This document shows positions 7,045-14,179 of a stretch of 35,560 nt of DNA, one piece after another. Within the stretch, counting starts at the first letter, position 1; every line of letters starts with the position of its first letter. Source of the DNA: a virus. Its lineage: Duplodnaviria; Caudoviricetes. A program made the translations under genes and the position numbers. Under the pieces are notes generated by a model, which worked only from the letters and a program-made list of their open reading frames with translations, had not been told where the DNA came from and did no database searches. The DNA lies in the IMG/VR virus record IMGVR_UViG_3300031965_000097, positions 1 to 35,560 of that record; one strand, 5' to 3'.

Positions 7045-7311
7045 TTATACGCTTACCACGCTTGCATACAAGCGCATGTTGTTTTTAGCAATATGCGCTG
7101 TTGCTTGTGTGCGTGTAGCAAAAACAGCATACAGCGTACCGTTACCTGTTTTGCTTTTGTTGCTTGTATACCCTTGCAACCTACCTGCAAAACCCTTGCT
7201 TACTACATAAAACATGTTACCTGTAGTAGTGCTAGGTGCGTTGTTAGGTGTAGTAGTGCGTAACCCTAATGCAACGGGTTTGCGCGTACCTACAATAAAT
7301 GTACGTTGCAT
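7045..7311 (-). CDS. Basic early protein with no Asp/Glu (88 aa)
   Basis: ATG with AAGGT SD at 5-nt spacing; flanked by hairpin intergenic regions. Confidence 0.7.
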   Translation of the reverse strand: MQRTFIVGTRKPVALGLRTTTPNNAPSTTTGNMFYVVSKGFAGRLQGYTSNKSKTGNGTLYAVFATRTQATAHIAKNNMRLYASVVSV

Positions 7312-7412
7312 GGTATACCTTATGGTGCGTTATACATGTATATACACTATGGTATGTACATACATGTATGCACTACCCCCCCCCTAATGTGGGGTAGTGC
7401 TATACGCTTGCA

Positions 7413-7805
7413 TTATTGCGCAGCTACGTATGCACGCTTAGCGTTTGCAAACTGCGTTGCTGCGGTAGCAGGGTTAATACCTGCTGCTTTGCAAGCTGCA
7501 AGGGTAGCTGCGCGGTTGTAATTGTTTGCTGCTGCAAGTGCGCGTACCTGCGCACATGCACCGCTTTGCGCACTTGGTGCATGCTTTTGTGTACCTGCTA
7601 CGCTGCGCACACTAAGGGTAGTAGGTGCAGGTACACCATACTGTGCTGCAAGCTGCTGTACTGCAAGCATGTATGCTTGCTGGTTATGCGCTTGTGTTGC
7701 TGCTACATGTGCAGCAAGTTTTGCACTACGTGCACGTGTACGGTATGCGTTGCTAACTGCTGTTACGCGTTTTGCGCGTGTTAGTGCGTGTTGTTTGGTA
7801 AGCAT
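7413..7805 (-). CDS. Ala-rich basic early protein with no Asp/Glu (130 aa); C-terminus paralogous to 3884..4510
   Basis: AGGGGT SD at 5-nt spacing; SGACAQVRALA...GINPATAATQFANAKR aligns with NTLCGKIWEAA...DVNEHTIKTQYARWR. Confidence 0.8.
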   Translation of the reverse strand: MLTKQHALTRAKRVTAVSNAYRTRARSAKLAAHVAATQAHNQQAYMLAVQQLAAQYGVPAPTTLSVRSVAGTQKHAPSAQSGACAQVRALAAANNYNRAATLAACKAAGINPATAATQFANAKRAYVAAQ

Positions 7806-7886
7806 GCTAAACCCCTATAAAGTTGTATATACAAGTGGTATTGCTACTTGGTACATACCTGCTGTAATGCTGCTAGGTATGTACAC

Positions 7887-7914
7887 AGTATATACCTAGT
7901 ACAGCTACATACAA
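7887..7914 (-). promoter_or_regulatory. Candidate leftward sigma70 early promoter
   Basis: TTGTAT-16-TATACT on the minus strand upstream of 7805. Confidence 0.35.
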
Positions 7915-8208
7915 TGGGTTTATATACAGTAGTATGTAGTTCTGTTATACAGGTTAGCTATATAGCTTATTACTTTTAGCTATATGCAATGTGCAATGCG
8001 CATGTGTAGGTACGTATATGCAATACGGTTTAAACGCATTTTAAGGTACATTACAGCACATTACGGTATGTGTAGCTAGGGGTATAGCTTAGTACGCTTG
8101 CGCTGCGTATAGCGCGTTTTGGTGCGTTTGTGGGTGGATGCAAGAAGTGGACCAGGCTGTGCTGTAAGTAAATTGGGAAGTGAGTGCCCACTTCGGGGTA
8201 CGGCCACA

Positions 8209-8264
8209 TACCACAAAGGTAGACTTAGTGCGATCTATCATATCTATCTACCACAAAGGTAGAC
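8209..8264 (+). repeat. 16-bp direct repeat TACCACAAAGGTAGAC x2 with ATCTATC sub-repeats
   Basis: Copies at 8209-8224 and 8249-8264; ATCTATC at ~8233, 8242, 8273, 8390. Confidence 0.85.
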
Positions 8265-8486
8265 ACTATGAAATCTATCTAGAACATCAACTTTGTCATA
8301 CAACCACCTGACCCCCCCCCCATCTCTTTAATAATTCCACTCTACCGAACACCAATCCTAAAAAAAAAATAGGAATACCCATAAGAACGATCTATCATAA
8401 GCAATAATTGGACCAGTCTAATTATCCTCTGCGAGAGCCACCAAATTGCACCATCAAACCATCCAAAATCCTATAAAATATATTGC

Positions 8487-8516
8487 TTGCAACTCATATT
8501 GCTTGTGGTACATACT
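8487..8516 (+). promoter_or_regulatory. Candidate rightward promoter
   Basis: TTGCAA-18-CATACT; predicted start coincides with the base of the 8523-8643 stem. Confidence 0.4.
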
Positions 8517-8522
8517 GCATTA

Positions 8523-8643
8523 CCTGCTAGTAACCACAAAGCAAGGAGAGTCACTCTTAGGAAGAGAACTCAAACTTGTCTACATGCAAGACGCCGTTCG
8601 ACAACAGTCCAGCGTCTCCTCTGTAGTGTGGTCATCTAGCAGG
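8523..8643 (+). ncRNA. Candidate structured RNA or 5' leader of the thyA operon
   Basis: Nested pairings CCTGCTAG/CTAGCAGG, ACCACA/TGTGGT, AGGAGA/TCTCCT plus internal hairpins. Confidence 0.5.
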
Positions 8644-8689
8644 CCCTAAGACCGTCTTAACCCAGCCACCGTCTCCGTAAAGGAATCAA

Positions 8690-9547
8690 ATGAAACAATA
8701 TTTAAACCTGCTGCAAGACATCCTCCATGACGGGATACGGCAATCGAATCGTACAGGGATTGACACACTCACCCTGCCCGGTGCAATGCTCAAGTTCGAC
8801 CTGCGAGAAGGCTTCCCTGCCGTAACCACAAAGAAGCTCGCATTCAACCAAGTCAAAGGTGAGTTAATTGCCTTCTTGGAAGGGACCAGCTCCCTAAAGC
8901 GATTTAAAGACCTGGGCTGCAATGTGTGGGATGCAAATGTCAATGCGCTAGGTTGGCTTACCAACCCTCACCGCGACACGCCAGACGACATGGGGCTCAT
9001 CTACGGCACGCAGTGGCGAAATTGGTCGGACGGGATTGGGGGTAGCATCGACCAAATCCAACTTGCACTTGACACAGTCAGGAACAACCCAACCTCCAGA
9101 CGGATCATTGTCAATGCGTGGAATCCTGCTGAACTGGATCAAGCTTGCTTGCCTCCGTGTCATGTGCTGTTTCAATTGCTACCGCACGTCGAGTCCAAAA
9201 CCCTGCATATGACAATGTATCAGCGATCATGCGACATGTTCTTGGGTGTACCGTTCAACATCGCTAGTTACGCATTGCTCTTATCCTTGTTTAGTGCTTG
9301 GACAGGATATAGTGCCGGAACGCTCACCATATTTCTAGCCGATGCTCACATTTACGTCAACCATATTGACCAAGTTAAAGATCAGCTCGATCGCAGACCT
9401 TTACCTCTACCTGAGTTAGGCTTGTCCTTCCCGCATGATCCGGAACAATTACCTTTGGACATTTTACTCAAGTGGTTGAGGCCGGACGATATTTGCCTCC
9501 ACGGCTATCAGCACCATCCTGCAATCAAAGCTTCTATGGCGGTTTAA
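8690..9547 (+). CDS. thyA: Thymidylate synthase
   Basis: RTG, FPAVTTKKL, LPPCH and YQRSCDMFLGVPFN motifs. Confidence 0.97.
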   Translation: MKQYLNLLQDILHDGIRQSNRTGIDTLTLPGAMLKFDLREGFPAVTTKKLAFNQVKGELIAFLEGTSSLKRFKDLGCNVWDANVNALGWLTNPHRDTPDDMGLIYGTQWRNWSDGIGGSIDQIQLALDTVRNNPTSRRIIVNAWNPAELDQACLPPCHVLFQLLPHVESKTLHMTMYQRSCDMFLGVPFNIASYALLLSLFSAWTGYSAGTLTIFLADAHIYVNHIDQVKDQLDRRPLPLPELGLSFPHDPEQLPLDILLKWLRPDDICLHGYQHHPAIKASMAV

Positions 9548-9548
9548 T

Positions 9549-9734
9549 ATGCAAATCTCACACCACCCTGACACTTGCGAGATCATCTCGAACGAGGTTC
9601 TGCAAATCCTTGCAGACGCAGTCTTCGAAAAAACTGGACGGAAGCCGCTTCCTGACAGCGTGACTTTCAATGCGTACCACGGGAACAAGAAGATGATTGT
9701 AACGTTCACACTTCAGGACCCGGAGATCAAATGA
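9549..9734 (+). CDS. Hypothetical protein
   Basis: Tightly packed ORF; ATGA overlap with the next gene. Confidence 0.6.
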   Translation: MQISHHPDTCEIISNEVLQILADAVFEKTGRKPLPDSVTFNAYHGNKKMIVTFTLQDPEIK

Positions 9735-9934
9735 CTACGCAGATTCGTACGGTTCGGCAAGTCTGGCATTTCAGCCCTCCACCTGAGGACTCACGCCATG
9801 CCCCTATGCAGTTGCTCACAATCGCAGGCATCGGTGTTCAGGGCGAGTGGTGTGGTCAAATGGGTGAGCATTACTCCGCGTGGGCGCCTCTCACCCAAGG
9901 TAACGTCGAAGCTTACCAACGCAGTTTTAATTAA
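9731..9934 (+). CDS. Hypothetical protein
   Basis: GGAG SD, ATGA coupling. Confidence 0.65.
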   Translation: MTTQIRTVRQVWHFSPPPEDSRHAPMQLLTIAGIGVQGEWCGQMGEHYSAWAPLTQGNVEAYQRSFN

Positions 9935-9945
9935 ATCCTAACCAC

Positions 9946-10242
9946 ATGAATAAGATCGAACATTTATTGCTCTGTCTGGCTGAAGAAGCCGGAGAAGTGG
10001 TGCAAGCTGCTGGTAAAGCTGGTCGATTTGGCCTCAACGACCAACCTAGCCCTGACAAACTGTCGAATAATGAATACATTGTCCGTGAAGTCAATGATGT
10101 ATTAGCTATCTTGGAACTTTTGAAAGAGGAAGGTGTTGACCTTCAAGGTATCGGTCGTCACCTAGACATTCAACTCAAAAAAGAAAAAAATGAAAAGAAT
10201 GATGACTTATTCACAAATTTGTGGCACACTTCAACCAAATAA
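9946..10242 (+). CDS. MazG-like nucleotide pyrophosphohydrolase (C-terminus possibly frameshifted)
   Basis: LAEEAGEVVQAAGKAGRFG...EVNDVLA, MazG ExxE...ExxD pattern. Confidence 0.8.
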   Translation: MNKIEHLLLCLAEEAGEVVQAAGKAGRFGLNDQPSPDKLSNNEYIVREVNDVLAILELLKEEGVDLQGIGRHLDIQLKKEKNEKNDDLFTNLWHTSTK

Positions 10243-10251
10243 GGAACAATA

Positions 10252-10524
10252 GTGAACGACCAACCTAAAGAACCAATGAAAGAAGAGCCTGGTCCCGCCT
10301 TTAGCAAACAAGAGCTCGAACAGCGTCGGGCCGGTGCTAACCTTATCCAAGCTCTTAAAGATGCAGATAAGAACTTTTTGCTGCGTGTTGATAAGAACTT
10401 TTTGCTCCGTGTTGAAATGATCAACTATCAATCCAAAGAGATCCGTGTTAAATACGAGGCTTGCTTAGCTCAAGGGTTCAGCGAGGCGCAAGCGATTTTC
10501 CTTTCAACTCAACATTGGACCTAA
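10252..10524 (+). CDS. Hypothetical protein with internal 8-aa duplication
   Basis: AAGGA SD; DKNFLLRV x2. Confidence 0.7.
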   Translation: MNDQPKEPMKEEPGPAFSKQELEQRRAGANLIQALKDADKNFLLRVDKNFLLRVEMINYQSKEIRVKYEACLAQGFSEAQAIFLSTQHWT

Positions 10525-10525
10525 G

Positions 10526-10768
10526 ATGAATAAGACTCAACATCCTACTAATAATGGAGCCTTAGGTGCACCTAAGGATTGGGGCCAAAAAGATCTAAGT
10601 TGTGGCGCTTTGCCAATCACCAGGACTGAAATAGGGCATCTTGCTGCAATTAAGTCGTATTGGAAGCCTACCAAGAAAGAATTGATTGACCTTAATAATG
10701 GTGCCCCAGTTTGTCTGTGGGTTCTCAGCGATAAAATGGCTCCTGTCGCGTTATCTGTGGAGGAATAA
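10526..10768 (+). CDS. Conserved phage hypothetical protein
   Basis: GAPxxW..CGALP..SYWKP pattern; packed in the operon. Confidence 0.75.
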   Translation: MNKTQHPTNNGALGAPKDWGQKDLSCGALPITRTEIGHLAAIKSYWKPTKKELIDLNNGAPVCLWVLSDKMAPVALSVEE

Positions 10769-11215
10769 ATGAGGCTCTCTGACGACTCAGCATCAGACTT
10801 GTTCCATCTCATTTGCGGGCAAATGATTGGGGAAGGGCAATATAGACAGGTCTTTGAACACAGTTTGGATAAAACCAAGGTGATGAAGCACGATAGCGGA
10901 AAGAACTGGAGTAACATTAGCGAATACCAGATTTGGGCAGAGTTTCAGAATACTCCGATTGGTAAATGGTTGGCGCCGGTAGATTGGGTTAGTGCCCGAG
11001 GGCTTTGGTTGATCCAAGCTCGTACTACGCCGATTGCAATTGGCGAATTTCCAAAGAGGGTTCCTGCTATCTTTAGCGATCTAAAGCCTTCTAATTGGGG
11101 AATGCTAAACGGGCGTCCGGTTTGCCATGATTATGGGAACCATGCTTTGTTCACGTTAGTCTTAAAAGAAGCTTCCGTGTTAAAACGAGTTGTTTGGGAA
11201 CATGAGGCGACATGA
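10769..11215 (+). CDS. Minimal protein kinase-like protein
   Basis: IGEGQYRQVF (Gly loop), VMK, E, DLKPSNWG (catalytic loop), HDYG (DFG-like). Confidence 0.75.
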   Translation: MRLSDDSASDLFHLICGQMIGEGQYRQVFEHSLDKTKVMKHDSGKNWSNISEYQIWAEFQNTPIGKWLAPVDWVSARGLWLIQARTTPIAIGEFPKRVPAIFSDLKPSNWGMLNGRPVCHDYGNHALFTLVLKEASVLKRVVWEHEAT

Positions 11216-11607
11216 TGAAGCCAGAAGACCTTGCAAAGCCGGGTACAGAACATGCTCATCAAGTTGCTCTTTTCTGTTGGATGTCACAACAATTTGACAA
11301 ATGGCCTGAACTCAAGTGGGCTTACGCTATTCCTAACGGTGGTGAACGGAATGCCGCTGTGGCTGGGCGGCTCCGAGCAGAAGGTGTTAAATCTGGTGTT
11401 TCGGACATTTGCCTACCGTTTTCCAAGCGCACCTTTCACGGCTTTTATATCGAAATGAAAAAGCCTGGTAAGCTCAAAACAGAATCCGCTAATCAAAAAG
11501 AATTTGGTGCGTTCGTGACCACACAAGGATATTTGTACGCCTGCTTCGATAGTTGGGAGAAGGCGCGGGATGCAATCTCTTGGTATATGACTAACGAGGA
11601 TAAATAA
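11212..11607 (+). CDS. VRR-NUC domain nuclease
   Basis: EHAHQ, AIPNGG, EGVKSGVSD, IEMK, Q..F motifs. Confidence 0.92.
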   Translation: MMKPEDLAKPGTEHAHQVALFCWMSQQFDKWPELKWAYAIPNGGERNAAVAGRLRAEGVKSGVSDICLPFSKRTFHGFYIEMKKPGKLKTESANQKEFGAFVTTQGYLYACFDSWEKARDAISWYMTNEDK

Positions 11608-11609
11608 AG

Positions 11610-11981
11610 ATGGAACTCTCAGAAGAAATGAAAGCTTTGAAGGAGCAAGTTGAAAATCTACTTTCCCGGAAGGGCTCCCCAAAGAACCCTGAAGAGATCC
11701 GCATAGCGTTGAAGGTTATCGACTTCATGATCCCCCACCGAATGCTTCACATTGTAGCAGATAGTCAACGTGTTGCTAGGGATTTTGCAGAGGTAATGTG
11801 TCGACCGTACAAACACATCAAACACCGGGAAGACATAGTAGGCTACAACAAGATCCATGTTGTGGTCTTACATACCGGGCATCGTACAGACCACCAGAAA
11901 GCAAACTATCTGGAAGTCAGGGAGCTTATCCGTATTTACTGCAGAGATGTTATAACCTGGCACATTGGGGAATGGCGTTGA
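11610..11981 (+). CDS. Hypothetical protein
   Basis: 123-aa ORF with GAGG SD. Confidence 0.65.
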   Translation: MELSEEMKALKEQVENLLSRKGSPKNPEEIRIALKVIDFMIPHRMLHIVADSQRVARDFAEVMCRPYKHIKHREDIVGYNKIHVVVLHTGHRTDHQKANYLEVRELIRIYCRDVITWHIGEWR

Positions 11982-12128
11982 CATGAAGCTTGGGCAAAGC
12001 GCTATAAGCTGCGGTGTACCATAGTGTACCTGTACCGCTACCCTGCAAACTACGCGGTATGCCCGGTGCTATACCCTATTTGCCCAACCTTTTAACGGTA
12101 CACCTCCCACACTTTAAGCAAATAAAGC

Positions 12129-12158
12129 TTGCCTTAGTTTTTGCTTCTAACATATACT
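12129..12158 (+). promoter_or_regulatory. Candidate promoter for terminase genes
   Basis: TTGCCT-18-TATACT. Confidence 0.45.
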
Positions 12159-12193
12159 CCAACTAATATTAATTGCATCATTGGAGTTGCGCC

Positions 12194-12721
12194 ATGTCAG
12201 AGCAGCAGACAGACAACATCGACGAACCGGAAGTAGGAGCAGATCTGAGTTTCCGTGAGCGTGCGCTCCGTGACCTCTTTGTCAACGAATATCTAGTTGA
12301 CTACAACGAGTATGCTGCCGCGATCCGTATTGGTTATTCCCAAGCTTACGCAAAGGAATATTCTGTAAGGTTTATGAATGAGCCTTACGTGCTCCAGCAA
12401 ATCCGTTTGAAAGAAAATGCACCGACACCAGACGACTCTGTAGAAGACATGAAAAAAAGAGTGATGACGGGACTGATCCGGGAAGCAAATTATCGTGGCC
12501 CGGGTTGCTCACAAAGTGCCCGTGTAGCGGCCCTGTCCAAGCTTGCAGCAATCCACGGCATGGATGCACCTATCCGTTCGAAAACTGAGATAACTGGGGC
12601 AGACGGGCAACCCTTGAACGGTGGTGTATTTGTCATCCCTGGCGTAATGACTGTTGAACAATGGGAAGCTGCTGCTGCGGAACAGCAGACTGCTCTTGTC
12701 AATGGAACCCCCGCTGCATGA
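12194..12721 (+). CDS. terS: Terminase small subunit
   Basis: FVNEYLVDYN..AAIRIGYS motif, EITGADG tail; GGAG SD before ATG 12194. Confidence 0.92.
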   Translation: MSEQQTDNIDEPEVGADLSFRERALRDLFVNEYLVDYNEYAAAIRIGYSQAYAKEYSVRFMNEPYVLQQIRLKENAPTPDDSVEDMKKRVMTGLIREANYRGPGCSQSARVAALSKLAAIHGMDAPIRSKTEITGADGQPLNGGVFVIPGVMTVEQWEAAAAEQQTALVNGTPAA

Positions 12722-14178
12722 CAGGGTTAATACTACCAAGTCAAGAACTATGCATACCGCAACGCAAGATAATCGTTCCGCCGGTATGGAAAGCGCTGCC
12801 TGGTAGTCAATCTCTCTTTTTGCAGAGCCCAATAAGGGAGGTTTGTTTCGCTGGTACTCGCGGCCCAGGTAAGACAGATGCAATGTTGATGTCTTTCGCG
12901 CAGTATTGCGGACGAGGTTATGGGGATTATTGGCGAGGCGTCATTTTTCGTCGGAACTATAAGCACTTGGACGACATTATCTCCAAGTCGAAACGATGGT
13001 TCAATCGCTCTGCACAAAAGCCTCGATTCTTGGCCGGCTCGAGCTCCCTCAAGTGGGTTTGGCCAACAGGTGAAGAGTTACTGCTTCGCGCTTTCGAGGA
13101 TGAGGAAGATTACTGGTCGTACCATGGACACGAGTACCCTTTCATCGGATGGGAAGAATTAACTAGCTGGCCTTCAATTAACTGTTACGAATCGATGAAG
13201 AGCTGCAACCGCTCTTCGTTCCCCGGAACAGAACGATTGCCGTCTATCCCAAGATTTATCCGTAGCTCAACAAACCCTTACGGTGTCGGACATAATTGGG
13301 TAAAGAATTATTTTATCGATCCTGCACCCTATGGACAGGTTATTCGAGACGGTGAGGGAAATGCTCGAGTATGCTTGTTTGGGTCCATCAAAGAGAACCC
13401 TCACCTAGGTGAAGAATATGTAAAAACCCTTCAAAGTATTACTGATCCCAATAAGCGTAAAGCTTGGCTGGAGGGTAGTTGGGATATTACATCAGGAGGC
13501 ATGTTTGACGATCTTTGGGACGCCAAGAAACATGTTATCAAACCATTTAAGATTCCTTATTCTTGGAAAATCGACCGCTCGTTCGATTGGGGTAGTTCCA
13601 GACCTTTCAGCGTGGGTTGGTGGGCACAAAGCGATGGCACAGACGTTGTAATGGCTGATGGTAGGAGTAGAAGTTTTCCACCAAAGACGTTGTTCCGTAT
13701 CTGCGAATGGTACGGAAGCAGCGGGAAGCCGAATGAGGGTTTGCGGATGACTGCCAAAAACGTAGCGCTCGGCATTTTGTCTCGCGAGATACAGTTCGGT
13801 ATTCAAAACCGAGTGCATCCGGGACCAGCAGATTCTGCGATTTACGCTGTCACAGACGATGCTTCAATCGGGCAGAATATGGAATCGGAAGGCGTCTTTT
13901 GGACGCTTGCGGACAAAAAAGCTGGAAGTCGTAAGAATGGGTGGGAGTTAATGCGAGATCGTTTATCTGCAACAGCAAACGACGATACGGACAAGCCCGG
14001 TTTGTTGGTTTTCGAAACTTGTCGTGATTTTATTCGGACTGTGCCTCCGATTCCTCGTGATCCTAAAGATCCCGATGATGTAGATACAGACGCGGAAGAC
14101 CACGCAGGTGACGATACCCGTTATCGTGTATTAGCTGCTGACCAAGTAGCGCATAAAGTTAGAATTAGTGGAGCTTAA
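12718..14178 (+). CDS. terL: Terminase large subunit
   Basis: Walker A GTRGPGKT, Walker B IGWEE, STNP motif, RNase H-like DWG and EDHAGD; ATGA overlap with terS. Confidence 0.95.
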   Translation: MTGLILPSQELCIPQRKIIVPPVWKALPGSQSLFLQSPIREVCFAGTRGPGKTDAMLMSFAQYCGRGYGDYWRGVIFRRNYKHLDDIISKSKRWFNRSAQKPRFLAGSSSLKWVWPTGEELLLRAFEDEEDYWSYHGHEYPFIGWEELTSWPSINCYESMKSCNRSSFPGTERLPSIPRFIRSSTNPYGVGHNWVKNYFIDPAPYGQVIRDGEGNARVCLFGSIKENPHLGEEYVKTLQSITDPNKRKAWLEGSWDITSGGMFDDLWDAKKHVIKPFKIPYSWKIDRSFDWGSSRPFSVGWWAQSDGTDVVMADGRSRSFPPKTLFRICEWYGSSGKPNEGLRMTAKNVALGILSREIQFGIQNRVHPGPADSAIYAVTDDASIGQNMESEGVFWTLADKKAGSRKNGWELMRDRLSATANDDTDKPGLLVFETCRDFIRTVPPIPRDPKDPDDVDTDAEDHAGDDTRYRVLAADQVAHKVRISGA

Positions 14179-14179
14179 A

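Larger units (their letters stand above)
6738..8137. other. GA/TC- and GGC/GCC-free sequence island
   Basis: Manual scan: 0 GA, 1 TC (7941-7942), 0 GGC, 0 GCC in 1400 nt. Confidence 0.95.

Noticed and set aside
6913-7899. Cys-rich plus-strand ORFs in the island
   Set aside because: Shadows of Ala-rich minus-strand genes, lengthened by the absence of TGA; no SDs.
6738-8137. Island as simple restriction-site avoidance, low complexity or artefact
   Set aside because: Many 4-bp palindromes are abundant, the sequence is non-repetitive, and it has ORFs with SDs and a paralog. Avoidance of GATC/GAAC/GGCC (Dnd) or TNTC (DarT) would not need loss of all GA plus GGC, though it is not formally excluded.
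8690-9547. thyA as a base-modifying hydroxymethylase explaining the island
   Set aside because: It has the canonical PFN (Asn, dUMP-specific) motif and looks like an ordinary ThyA.
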